Shown here: positions 1 through 11,692 of the stretch, piece by piece
Layout: each line of letters begins with the position of its first letter
Position numbering within the stretch: the stretch's first letter is position 1
From: Podarcis vaucheri
Taxonomy: Eukaryota
Strand: one strand, 5' to 3'
Assembly: GCA_965113315.1 (NCBI GenBank)
Contig: OZ220365.1
DNA length: 64,000 nucleotides
Position numbers and translations under genes: made by a program
Notes under the pieces: generated by a model
The model's input: the letters and a program-made list of their open reading frames with translations, nothing else
Databases searched by the model: none
What the model was told of the DNA's origin: nothing

Positions 1-368
1 GACTATGTTTGGCACACACATTATGAACATGACCTTCATCTGGTCAAAAGAGCAGTGAATTCTGCCAGTGCCTTCAGGCCTGGATTTTAGATCTTCCTTA
101 AGTCTACCTTCAGCAAATTACTTCGAGAACCCTGGGGTAGGGAAGCACATTCCTGTCCCAGCCTAAATTTGGGTAGAGCTGTCCAAGTTTGGCCTTGTCT
201 GGACCTGACAACTATAATGTTGCAGGGTGGCAGACAACACTTCCAATAACAGTGGTACTCAATTTGACCTGGGCTGCTTGGTAATTCAATAGATATAGGA
301 GGAGCAGAAGCATTAAGCTGCCTTGGCAGGTCACTGCTCTGTTTTCAAGTCAAGTGACCGCACTACAT

Positions 369-720
369 GTTGGGTTAGCTAGATTGAGATGCATGCAGAA
401 TTGCTGTGAACATAGTAGTAGTAGGAGCCAACTGCTGCCACGCAGGTAAGATTCACCTTCTGCTGTGTGGGCAGGACGGGCCCTCCCCTTACCAGGCCAA
501 TCCCCAATACCAGGCGGGATTGGGCGATTGGCTGAGGTAGGTGGAGATCTCCAGGTATCCAGCCTGGGGAGGATGAAGCCAGCCCGAACTACCAGGAGTC
601 GCCCTGGGATCCGGGGGCTGCGCGCAACCACATAAAAGGTGCCCCCATTTGATGTGGGAGCTGTCATTATTTGTACCCCACCCATCTGACTAGGTTGCGC
701 CAGCCACTCTGGGTGGCTTC
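369..720 (+). mobile_element. Possible LTR fragment
   Basis: Starts TGTTGG; GC-rich; two ATTGG (CCAAT) boxes at ~519-530 and CATAAAAGG at ~631. Confidence 0.25.
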
Positions 721-1944
721 CAGCATTTACAGAAACATAATAAAGCAACAAACATTTTTTTAAAAAACTTTGGTTTTATAACAAAAACCAACCCAAATCT
801 TTTTTGAATGGAAGTTGTGCATAAATGTTCTCATCAAGTAACGTAGTGGCCAGCACAACTTGTCTCTCACTGCAGATGGTGTTTCTGAGTTGTCCCATCC
901 ACCTAGTCATAATGATTTCATAATCATTGTCATTAATACATTGCCAAAGAGGAGGAGAAACTGCATCAGCATTTTCTTTCACACAAAACTTTATTAGCAT
1001 AAAATTTAAATAAGCTTATATATTTAAAATTATGGGAAAGCCATGAAGCAGTGGCAGGTTGTTCAAAATGGTACAGGAAGGTGGTGTTTTAGCCGTGGCT
1101 CATTTTGCAAGACGCCATGAGTAGCATCCAAAGTGGTGCTCGTGACACTAGTGATGCTAGCCTAGCCTCCATCCTCAGAGAAACACGCACAATAGTTCTC
1201 TTTGCTGGACCAAGCATCACTGTCATTTGACAGCTGTCATTGGTGGACTGAGCATTTGCAAATACTGTTTAATGACAATGAATGCCTGCTGGCTGTGGCA
1301 GGGTCACCTGGGAGGATTAACAATGTCTGGGCAATGTGCCCAGGAAATGCCCTGGGAAGATCCAAAGATGCTTGCAAAGAAAAAGGCACTCATTTCAAAA
1401 TAAATCACAAACAAGTGCTTCATAGATGTTGTTACTCCTTAACAAGATTGATGACAGATGAAATCACAACTTATTTGTGTCACATTTTCAATGAACATTA
1501 AGCATTACGAGGACAATCCAGCCAAAGATAAGTTCAGAGAGTTCAACAGGAGTGTTAAGCATGTACCTACATCTTTTCCAAGGAAGACAAGCCGGTCCGG
1601 TCCTACCATTAGTCAGAGTTTAGTAGGTGGCTCAGGCAGATTATTTTGCGTGCCCTGAAAAGGCAACAAATGTCTGCAATTTATTATACTATGGTTGTGA
1701 TTTGACCACCAGGGAAAGGTATTTGTGCTTTTGAGTTTTTCTGCTCAGGTGCCAGAATAACTTAGTGGGCCTTGGGTAGTATGTTCCTTAATCTGTGGCT
1801 AGGGGGTGGGGGTGTGTGGCATTCACAGCTCTGCCTCTGGCAACAAAATGTCTTCGGATGACCCTGAAGTCAAAGGAACTCAAAAGTGCTTACTTTGGCT
1901 GGATCAAACTCCATGTGTATAATACAAAGCCAGGTATGGTTTAC

Positions 1945-2072
1945 CAGTGGAAATGTCGGGTGGAATGGGATTCATTTCACCGTTCACCATCTTGAGGTGC
2001 AACTGCTTGATATTAAATGGTTCCACAGTGAAGGGCAATGTGCCGGTTAGCATGGCAAACATGCTAACTCCT
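1945..2072 (-). CDS. HUNK-like kinase, coding exon 5 (GVSMFAMLTGTLPFTVEPFNIKQLHLKMVNGEMNPIPPDIST); gene continues beyond window start
   Basis: Acceptor CCCTGGCAG|A, donor G|GTAAAC; 128 nt; AMLTGTLPFTVEPF is HUNK-family-typical. No further exon found in 1-1944. Confidence 0.93.
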
Positions 2073-2153
2073 CTGCCAGGGAGAAAGATAGCAACAGTCA
2101 CATCAGTGGAGCAAGAAGAGTTTCATAAAATGCATGTGTGATGCTTGGGAATA

Positions 2154-2373
2154 CAGTGGTACATCGGGTTACATACGCTTCAGGTTACAGACTCCGCTAA
2201 CCCAGAAATAGTACCTAGGGTTAAGAATTTTGCTTCAGGGTGAGAACAGAAATCGTGCTCTGGTGGCACAGTGAGAGGCCCCATTAGCTAAAGTGGTGCT
2301 TCAGGTTAAGAACAGTTTCAGGTTAAGAATGGACCTCCGGAACGAATTAAGTACTTAACCCGAGGTACCACTG
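2154..2373. mobile_element. Tc1/Mariner (Tigger-like) MITE, family A
   Basis: TIRs CAGTGGTAC.../...GTACCACTG, TA TSDs; near-identical to 49561-49802 and 59069-59298. Confidence 0.9.
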
Positions 2374-3351
2374 TACAGTGATAGATTGATGTGTGTTAGC
2401 ATTATATACTTTGTCAACCAAGTTGCTACTATCAGCCAAACTTGATGGTTTCTGCTCACACCCATACACGATAGAATAAGCAAGCAATCTACAAGAATCT
2501 AACTCTAGGCCCTTTCCACACAATTCCACACAAACCTCCACCCCATTACATACTACGTGACTATTTAGAAGCAAGCTGTGCATTTAGTGACTCTTAGAAT
2601 GGAATCTGCCAGTTGTCAATTGTAGAATATGTTTCCTCCCATTCCCCAGCAGTCTTACCTCATCCCACACTGTACAGGAGCCTCTGGCCATCCAAAGAGC
2701 CCCTCAAGGGGGTGCGGTTTAAAAAAAAAAAGTTCCCTAATTTCCTCACATTAACTTAACTTAGGTTCCAAGCCTAAAAGAAACTGCAGCATCAGATTTA
2801 AGACGCTTTGGAGGACTGTAATGTGATTAGCTTTCATCCACCATCAGCTGCATTTACAGAACACCTGTTTTATTCCAGTTTTCATGCCCTCAGTTTCAGA
2901 GGGATGGAAGAGCTGTAGCATGTGACAGTCAATAAATCCCCATGTCTTGTCTGTTTCCAGTCACAAGTCAACCTCACAACTTATTGTTGCTCCCTATTAA
3001 CATCTTGTATACTAACGCCTCTCTCACCCTCAAATTTTCCATGCTTTAGGAATTCCACATTCTGGTAGGGTGTTGAAAAGAGGCCTTGGTAGTCCTAAAA
3101 GCACTCACTTTCATATATCACCAACACCAAGTAATTTAACATATACAATGATTGCAGTGTAAAAATCCAATGCTATGTGAGTCTAGAGATCAAAGTACTC
3201 TTGTTTTTACTCTCTTTGTAAAAATCAAGAAACCCACTTGCCATTCCTGAGGTGCGTTTAACTTCATTTAGTATACTGATGCCTAAAGCTCCAACTAAAT
3301 TTTTCTGTTTCTCTCTCACACACATTTAAAATTAAAATTATCATCTTCGAG

Positions 3352-3919
3352 CATAGCTGTCAAGTGTCCCCTATTTGAAGGGACAGTCCCTTATTCCAGC
3401 GCCATGTCCCGCTGCTGTCCCTTATTGATGGATGTCCCTTAAATGATGTCCCTTAAATTTCATACGAAGCGGCTCCTCTCCCTCCCTGCCGGCCAGGGAG
3501 GAGGGAGGCTCCAACTGTGTTGCTTGGCTGTGTTGCTCACCCAATAAGAAGTCTAAGAACGACTGGGGGGTGGAGCTTGCATGCCTTGTGTGTGGCTAGT
3601 TAATGCAAGCTGAGGGGGGTTTTGAATGCTGGACACCATTTTGTTGCACGTGCTGCTGCAAATTTTGCAGTGCAAAGCCAGGCCAGGGAGCCATCTTAAG
3701 TTGAGGCTGCATAGGCCTTGTGGTGCATGTGATTCAGATTCTATTCAGTTGAACCTCTGGTTACAAAGTTGGTTGGACAGTGTTCTCGAAGCTACCAGCA
3801 TGAGTTTGACCAGACTGCAGGAGGACAGGAAGACTGGAGTGCCTGGAACAGGTGAGGCTGCAGGTCCCTTATTTTGGGTGCTGGTCCCTTATTTTCAAAT
3901 CTGTAAGTTGACAGCTATG
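3352..3919. mobile_element. Non-autonomous hAT element
   Basis: TIRs catagctgtcaa/ttgacagctatg; exact 8-bp TSD tcttcgag (3344-3351, 3920-3927); subterminal GTCCC(TTA) repeats. Confidence 0.92.
3770..3846 (+). mobile_element. Internal BovB fragment inside a hAT MITE
   Basis: GGTTGGACAGTGTTCTCGAAGCTACCAGCATGAGTTTGACC... (WLDSVLEATSMSLTRL) closely matches 58920-58996. Confidence 0.8.
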
Positions 3920-4022
3920 TCTTCGAGGCCCCCATTCTCCTGAACATTGCTGGGATATAATTGATAAATGTAATTCTTGGAGACTGGATGTGACTAGATA
4001 TTATCAGCAATGTAAAAAGAAA

Positions 4023-4060
4023 TATCTGAAGAAGTGTGCATGCACACGAAAGCTTATACC
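4023..4060 (+). ncRNA. Minimal type I hammerhead ribozyme motif (PLE-type)
   Basis: CUGAAGA core 4026-4032, stem II GUGUG/CACAC 4034-4047, GAAA 4048-4051, palindromic AGCU stem III, UH at 4054-4055, stem I UAU/AUA. Confidence 0.65.
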
Positions 4061-4159
4061 CAGGACAAACATAGTTGGTCTCTAAGGTGCTACTGGACAT
4101 TTTTTTATTTTTTTTATTTATTTTGACTGTGTCAGACCAACACAGCTACCTACCTGAAA
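4025..4159 (+). mobile_element. Penelope-like retroelement terminal fragment with hammerhead motif, in kinase intron 4
   Basis: CTGAAGAAGTGTGCATGCACACGAAAGCTTATACCC followed by TAGTTGGTCTCTAAGGTGCTACTGGA; imperfect TSD gtaaaaagaaata (4012-4024) / gtaaaaaagaaata (4160-4173); same sequence family as 26865-27070. Confidence 0.75.
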
Positions 4160-4339
4160 GTAAAAAAGAAATAGTTTGACTTATAAATATCTGAGTTTGT
4201 TTATTTATTTATTTATTTAAGATATCTATACCCCACCCTTCATTATAAAATTCCAGGGCACTGTACAGAATAATTTTTCTTACAGATCCAGATAAAGTAC
4301 ATGTTCGAGTATATGATGTGCATGTAAATTTATTGAATA

Positions 4340-4674
4340 CAGTGGTGCCTCGCAAGACGAAAAGAATCCATTCTGTGATTCTCTTCGTCTAGCGGTTTTT
4401 TCGTCTTGCGAAGCAAGCCCATTGACGGATTAGCGGATTAGCGCTATTAGCGGCTTTTAGCGGCTTATCTGCTGATCGGATCAGCTGATAAGCGGCTTAG
4501 CGGCTTAAAAAAAGGGGGGAAAGGGGAAAAAACCAGCAGGAACTCACAAGACATTGTCGTCTTGCGAAGCAAGCCCATAGGAAATTCGTTTTGCGAAGCA
4601 CCTCCAAAACGGAAAACTCTTTCGTCTAGCGAGTTTTCCGTCTTGCGAGGCATTCGTCTTGCGGGGCACCACTG
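4340..4674. mobile_element. Tc1/Mariner MITE, family B
   Basis: 21-bp TIRs cagtggtgcctcgcaagacga / tcgtcttgcggggcaccactg; TA TSD; internal TTAGCGG repeats. Confidence 0.9.
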
Positions 4675-4813
4675 TACTTTCTTTGTGGGGGAAGAAGGGG
4701 CTGCCAGGGGAATTGTTCAAAATCACAAGCCCATCATTTGCTGGCAGCAGTACCACATGACTAGAACTCTACTAAAGTGCTGTAGGAGCAATAAAATATT
4801 CACAATCTACTTA

Positions 4814-4987
<174 letters not shown>

Positions 4988-6378
4988 TCACACACAAACA
5001 TACATCTTGGGGATATCATTAGAGTTTAGATTGACCAGTTAACCAAAGCGAGCAACATTCTAATCTAAATGAGATTGGTGCAGCCTGTTTTCATATTATA
5101 TCACTCCCCACTTTCTCCTGGATGTCACTAGAGATGGAACAAAGTCCAGGGCGCAGCAGCCCAGTGTCCACTATATGAGGGTGGCAGGTAATGAGGACAG
5201 TGGCAAGTGTGCACCTTTCCAAGTGATGACTCTTCAAAAGTCAACGTGGGCAGCATCTTACCATTCAAAACATGTGAGGAGAAAAAGAGGGGAACGATTG
5301 TTTATAAAAAACATGAAAGCATAGGGCTAAGCAGTGTGGGCTGCCCAGTAGCAACACTTGGTCACTGGTTTCATTTTTGTGAAACATGTCTAACCCAGCT
5401 CCTCTGGAGTTTCTATAGACTGAGGTGGACTTTTGCTTAAAGACTTTTGTTAATATAAAATGTGTTATTTTGGGTATGAGCCTAGTCTGCTCAGTTAATT
5501 TAAACAAGCAGAAAGAGAGTGTGGCAGAATCCTCCCTGGGTACCAGGGGAAATGAGTAATGTATAAACAGGGGGTGGGGAAGGGAAGGCCGCACCAGGGT
5601 CTTTGGCTGTTGATCATGGTGTGCAGTGATGAGTCCATTACCTTGCGCCAGGGCCTGATCTAAGCCCAGCCTGGAGTCCAGAAAACTTTTAGATGTTCAG
5701 AAGCATATTGAGCAAATTAATCTGTTTATTATGGATTCTTTCTGGGGTGTATTGTTGTGATGGTGGGAGAGATGTCCTTACACTCCTAGGTCCTTCTGTC
5801 CAGAGGGCATACATTTATCTCATGTTGAGTATCCTCTGCAGTAGGAGTGGTGATTTTTTTTTTCATCCGCAAGCCTGCATACCCTTGTGGGAAGCTTTCC
5901 AGGGCCACACAACAGTGGTGGCATTGGGTGGGGCCAGAGGCAAAAGTGGAAGTGTTTAGAGGCCCCCCAAAAGAGTGGGTGAAACAAGACCTGTGACTCA
6001 AATCTTTGCGTAGTAAGCTATATTCCAGCCATGCAAAAGTCAGAGGTTTCTATGACAGCCACCCATATCTCTCCACCCAGGCAAGGAAGAAGCACAGTTC
6101 AAAAACACATTCCAGCCAGGCAAGTACATGTGTGAAAGATGTGGTCTGGGGAGAGAAGGGGGTAGCCAGGGGAGTGGGCATGGCTGGGAAGAGTTCTGAG
6201 GTCCTAGCAGAGAGGCCTGTGGGGCCACTCCGAGCCCCCAGCTTTAGGTTCCTCACTCTGGCAACCCACAGACACCATAGCTGTTTATTTGGCCACTAGT
6301 TGTTATGTATAAGTGCAAGGCAACAAAAAAACAATCTCTGCATAAGAGAGTTGTATGTCTGCCATACAGTACACCTAC

Positions 6379-6434
6379 CAACGATTCTGATGTTGTTGTT
6401 TTCATCCAGAAGAAAATTTTCAATCTTCAGATCT
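6379..6434 (-). CDS. HUNK-like kinase, coding exon 3 (DLKIENFLLDENNNIRIV)
   Basis: Acceptor TTTGTTTAG|A, donor G|GTAGGT; 56 nt; completes the catalytic loop HRDLKIEN in phase. Confidence 0.95.
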
Positions 6435-7702
6435 CTAAACAAAGCAGGAGAGAAAGTAAATGTGTTGTGTTGAAATACATGATTGGATCCAGAGTTTCTG
6501 TGAGTAAAATTCCATTCATTGGGCATGGTGGGGAGGTGATTTTAGTCAGTTCAGCATGCAATTCCCTTGGACACTCCAGACGTATGGCAACGCATGTTGG
6601 CAGTGTCGTTTTTGGCGAAAAAGCTCAACAATTTTGGGATTTTCACTTTTTGAAATATGGCAACCCTAGGTTGGCACTGGGGGATGTGGACAGGATGAGA
6701 ATTGGTGGAAATCCAGAGCAAATCTGGATCTAGCGCATAATATTTTGCTCTGCAAATAATGTTAAACTAACCTTTCTGAGTGTAATAACTTAATTGCACT
6801 AGAGCTCCCCAGAGACTTGTTGCCTTATAACAATATTTTCCAGCATAGTATGCAGTTAATGCTGGACCTTGGCACTGAAGTCCAGAAACCTGAAGCCTCT
6901 CCCCCCCCCACCCACCCACCAAGAAAAAATTACCACAGAGTGACATATTATGGGGCAGTGGGAAGCAGGCCTGGGATCAATACCTGGGCTATCACAGGTA
7001 TGCCAGGCCTTAACAGGGACTGATGATGGCTTTCTCTATGAGGCCAGAATTAGACTACAAAGCTCATGTTCCAGGGGGAAGAGAAAGTGGGAGTTTCAGG
7101 AAGGTGAGTTGGAGGAGGGAGAAACCCCCTCAAACTACAAATTGCTGGTGACTTGAACAAACTAATCCCTTCTATCTCTCAACTCCAGTTTAGCACCTGA
7201 GGCAAAAAGTTTCTGCTAGTGGTAGCAGAAGTAGCAGCAGCAGCAGCAATAATAATGATAATAGCAACAACAACCAGAAATTTGCTTCCCTTTCACGGCA
7301 GCCAAAATCAGTTGCCTGAGGTAACTACCTCACACTGCCTAACAGAGGTGCTGACCCTGTGCTCCACATATAATGACCCACTTGTCAAAATGATGGACAT
7401 TTTTGTTTATTCTCCTAATAAATCCCAGTTTGCACTCAAAACCATACTTGTTTACTTTAACGCTGTGTGTGTACACTGAGCTAGCCTGAGACATTTCATT
7501 ACCTGAAGCAGGAAATCCAAATGTTGTGGGGTGTGTTTTCTCTCTCTCTCTCTCCAACAGTAAGGATGTAATAACAAATTAAATGACAAGGTGCCATGCT
7601 TTCATCTGTCCCTTGAGATAATTCACTTCACCCTAATGGTTTCACTGCCTTAAGGCTGCATGGATGCTCTCTGTGAGTATATAATTTGATATTTCTGAAA
7701 TA

Positions 7703-7943
7703 CAGTGGTGCCCCGGTTTAAGAACAGCCCTGTTTATGAACTATTTGGTATACAAACTCTGCAAAACTGGAAATAGTGTTCTGGTTAGCGAAGTTTACCT
7801 CGGTCTACGAATGGAAGCCAAACAGTGGAAGGGCACCGGCGGCAGGAGGCCTCATTAGGGAAAGCGCACCTAAGTTTAAGGACGGTTTCAGCTTAAGAAC
7901 GGACTTCTGGAACAGATTAAGTTCATAAACTGAGGTACCACTG
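7703..7943. mobile_element. Tc1/Mariner MITE related to family A
   Basis: TA|CAGTGGTG ... GTACCACTG|TA; internal similarity to family A. Confidence 0.85.
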
Positions 7944-7950
7944 TATATAC

Positions 7951-8093
7951 CAGGGTGCCCAAACCTTTTTCAAAGATAGCCAGATTTGATGAAGTGAACA
8001 TGTGTGAGTTGTTGGGCTTTTTTAAGGATTGAAGTTGCTGAGGTGTTTTTTTTTTTTAGGATTTTACCCCAAAACGGACTTTGGACATGCCTG
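7951..8093. mobile_element. hAT MITE
   Basis: cagggtgcccaaa / tttggacatgcctg ends; 8-bp TSD gtatatac (7943-7950, 8094-8101). Confidence 0.85.
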
Positions 8094-8247
8094 GTATATA
8101 CATATGGCATAATTGATCAAAGTTAAGCACTTAATAATCCCACTAATTTGAATGGAAGACTTCATCAGATACTTTCATGAAACGAGTGGGGCTGAGTTTT
8201 ATCATGCCCCCTGAAATATAAATCTGAGGGAAGGAAATTTGCTGTAC

Positions 8248-8540
8248 CTGTGGACAATCCCATGATGATGCAAATGTTCTACTGCAGACATTATCTGCCT
8301 GGTATATTTCTTGACTTCCCTTTCTTCCAGTTTCTTTTTCTCGCAGATTCTGTCCATGAGATCTCCCCCTAGGCACAGTTCCATCACCATGTAATAGGAG
8401 TTTTCCGTCTCCAATGTTTCATAGAGCTGAACAATATTGGGATGTTTAATCATCTGATGTATCCTAGGTTCCCGTTTCATATTTTTTAAAACATAGGAGT
8501 CTTGCTTGGCTTTTTTCTTGTCTATGACTTTTATGGCTAC
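8248..8540 (-). CDS. HUNK-like kinase, coding exon 2 (VAIKVIDKKKAKQD...HPNIVQL...HGIVHR)
   Basis: Acceptor TTATTTAG|GTA, donor CACAG|GTACAG; 293 nt; contains VAIK lysine, alphaC Glu, HPNIV and the HR of HRD. Confidence 0.95.
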
Positions 8541-9283
8541 CTAAATAACAAAAATGCTGTCAATACTTTTTTTATAATACAGACAACCCACTTTTCTTTA
8601 GCAGCACAGTGTCAAAGACAAAAACGTATTTTTTATATATATTATTTAGCATTGATGGGATCAAGATGCAGTTTTTCTGCTAGTGGTTTGCATGCTATAA
8701 GTCATAATATTCAATGTCGGTAGCTTTGTAAGTTTTTGATTTCAGTTAATATATGCTAAAATTAGATAATGATATAATGATGATCTAATAATTTGTTCCA
8801 GCAAAAGTGTTCCTTGTACAACACACAGTGGAATGTCTGCACGTACAGACATAAGCTGCCTCCCAAATTCTACACTTCTGTTAGATAACTTGAATGTTGA
8901 ATTTCTCAAGGAAGATAAGCAGTGTATCCATCAACACATTTACAAAATTTAGGTGAACCGCCACTTCAGATACTCAGAATCAAATAGGAATCGAACAAGT
9001 TTCATTGGTATCACGAATAGGAAAACAGTGATTCATAAAAGTTAGGAAAAACATCTAATTATACACACAACATACCTAACACAGTAATATTAACATATTA
9101 GATCTGGTGCAATATTCCAGAGCATGATAGCATATATATATTACTATTATGGGCATTGCTGCTTCAGCTAAATAAAGCACCAGGTTGCAGATGAAGAAAC
9201 AAAGCCCTAAACTTCTTCAGCATACATCACCATGAAATTAGTGGCAAACATTCCTCACTCTGTTCTTGCCACTCTCCATTTAC

Positions 9284-9529
9284 CTTCTCCCCAGTGGGGA
9301 TGTGAAAGCCCTCCATCACTTTGGCAAAGGAGCCCTTGTTGATCATTTTGCCCACTAGGTAATTCCCAACTTGCTTGGTATGGGGGAAATTCTTCCTAGA
9401 CTCTTGGGACATCTTGCTGAAACAAACAGGTATATCCCTATGGCTTGTCCCCCACTCTGGTAATATCCTTTCCTGGTTTGCATGATCCATTCCTCTGTCA
9501 TCTGGAGCAGCTTTGATTGCCGCAGGCAT
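9284..9529 (-). CDS. HUNK-like Ser/Thr kinase, coding exon 1 (MPAA...VGNYLVGKMINKGSFAKVMEGFHIPTGEK)
   Basis: ATG at 9529 gives MPAA, as in HUNK; kinase subdomain I; 246 nt, phase 0; donor AAG|GTAAAT at 9284/9283. Clearly divergent from HUNK itself, so no symbol given. Confidence 0.9.
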
Positions 9530-10000
9530 CCCTGGGGGAGTGAGACTGGCTGGTTGCACCCCAGTTCCCGAAGACTGCTGCTTTCCAGAGGCAACACAGA
9601 ATGGTTAACAGATTCTGTGCCTGTAGGTCTCGAGGTACAATGGCCAAGTCGTTGGCCGCGCCGTGTGTGATCATCCTCCCTTGGAGGCTAGTTTTTCATC
9701 ACTGATCTCTATCTGCCGGCATGCAGGCCTGCTCAAGCAGAACCAAGCTGGAGATTATTAACCTAACCTGATACACAATGTCAATTAATGCCCCAGAACT
9801 GACAGCTCCGATGTCACATAATCTCATGGAACAAACCCTTCCCATTTACAGAGGCCAACATTAGCACCAAGAGCTCTGTTCACCAGCCCTGAACACCAAT
9901 CAGCTAAATTAGAGTGTCGCTCGCTTTACCTGTATTTCCAGAGATAAATAGCGCGTCCACTCCTCGTGTAAAGGCATCAGGGTATCTCAAGTGAACGCAG
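9530..10000 (-). promoter_or_regulatory. Probable 5' UTR / proximal promoter of the HUNK-like gene
   Basis: Positional only: repeat-free sequence directly upstream of the ATG with a few CpGs; no TSS or CpG island can be demonstrated. Confidence 0.35.
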
Positions 10001-10402
10001 AGTTTAGTTAAACAGAAGGTGGTGCTAGCATGTGTTCAGAATGGCTTGACCCCAATGTGCTGCTGGTCTTCTGCCCTCATCCACCTCAAGAATCCTCTGG
10101 GGAACTGCACTCTCACCTCACACTGGCTGAGAGATTCATGCTGTTCTCCCGGATGCCCATGAACTCATTAACTGATTCATACCTCTTAGTAATCGCTGGG
10201 AACAAACTACACATGATGTTAACTGCATGGCTTGCAATCACATTTCCGCCCCTTTATTCCAGTGGGTTGAACGTCCCATTTTCATGTGCTTTGTTCACAA
10301 TGAACATCACATTGATCACCCCCCACAAAGGGGGTTGGGGGTGGAATGATAAAGAGATCGCAAACAAGACAATTAAACCCTCAGGCCCTATCTGTGCTCT
10401 AC

Positions 10403-10430
<28 letters not shown>
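10403..10430. repeat. (ATTG)7 microsatellite
   Basis: Perfect array next to the SINE tail. Confidence 0.95.
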
Positions 10431-10434
<4 letters not shown>

Positions 10435-10439
10435 AAGTA

Positions 10440-10580
10440 ATAGAATTGTAGAGTTGGAAGGGACCACAAGGGTCATCTAGGCCAACCCCTGCAATACAGG
10501 AATTGTTTGCCCAATGCGGGACTTGAACCCACAACCCTGAGATTAAGAGTCTCATGCGCTACCGACTGAGCTATCCCAGG
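10440..10580 (-). mobile_element. tRNA-Lys(CTT)-derived SINE with CR1-type 3' tail
   Basis: Minus strand GGATAGCTCAGTCGGTAGCGCATGAGACTCTTAATCTCAGGGTTGTGGGTTCAAGTCCC (10580-10508) followed by GGTTGGCCTAGATGACCCTT..GGTCCCTTCCAACTCTACAATTCTA (CR1 3' end). Confidence 0.85.
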
Positions 10581-11692
10581 AGATATTTAAATCAGGGTCA
10601 TTCTACTTTAAACAAACACAGCTCCCCGGGAACTGGGTGGAGGATAGAGGGGTGTGTGCAAGTGTAGGAACGTAGTCTCCGGTGCTTCATCCCCTTTTGC
10701 CTATGGCTCCACACACCAATGGCATGTGCTCCCCTCCAGAAGGTTGAATGGAAGAGAATGTGGCCTTTCCCACCATGGACCTATTCTTGGTGTTTGCACG
10801 CTCCCCACCATGCTCCTTGGTTTGAGAAACACTCGGCAGATCCACAGCATACATTCAAAGCACATTCATGTACAAGAAATCCCGGGAACTGTCACTTGCA
10901 AAGAGTACATGAATGCAGTGTAGTTTGTAGAGGCTCTGTGAGGGCCGAGGCACTGCAGTGCCAGGATTTTTTGAGGGAAGTCATGTGCATTAAATGTATG
11001 CTGCGGATCAGTCCATTCTTCAAGCAAAACAATCACTCACAAATGAAAGGACCATGAGGGAGTGGTGGCTTCTCCTACACATTCTTCCACCCCTTCTAGC
11101 GCCACCTAATCCATTTGCTACTCTTCTGAAAACCAAAGTAAAAAAGACGATGGATGCAAATAGTACCAGTTAATAAAGACAAAAAACCAAACACAGCATG
11201 AAATAGAACCCCCCATATTTTTTGACACATTTCAAAAGAAATCCAGGGAGTGGGGTGGAAGCTTCCTTAAATACAGAACAAACTTTAAAACATGATACAC
11301 AGCTAAACTAACTATTGCTATGTTTGGGGAAGAGCCCAATCTGACACCTGGGAGGGGGGAACCTGACATTGCACACACTGCCAAATATTTTTAAAGCCCT
11401 TTTTTTTTTGTTTAGAACACGAGAGGCTTCAAAAGGAACAAATAAAAATGAACAAATATGCCAAAAGCAGCAAAACTCAGCATTGGGGAGTATATTACAG
11501 GATGAATACAGACCAGTTAATGAGGAAATGCTACAGAAGAATCATGCAGCTCAAAATCAAATGCAACAATGATCACATTATTCTTAGAGAGGGGCCTGAC
11601 CAGATTTAAACAGGTACAACAGACATTCCTTCTTCCCAAAGAGTCTTGGAGGTTGTAGCCCTGCAAAGGGAGCTAAGGAACCATAACAGGGA

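Noticed and set aside
1-1944. Kinase exon 6 (expected L..LLEPDP.KR motif)
   Set aside because: No matching minus-strand translation found; presumably outside the window.
9530-9559. ORF-track start of exon 1 at 9559
   Set aside because: That codon is GTG; the first in-frame ATG (9529) gives the HUNK-like MPAA start.
10508-10580. Functional tRNA-Lys(CTT) gene
   Set aside because: Acceptor, D and T arms carry substitutions and it is fused directly to a CR1 tail, so it is a SINE head.
11096-11114. CTCF-like site (minus strand TAGGTGGCGCTAG)
   Set aside because: Right half matches but the conserved CC of the left half is missing; not supportable without ChIP data.
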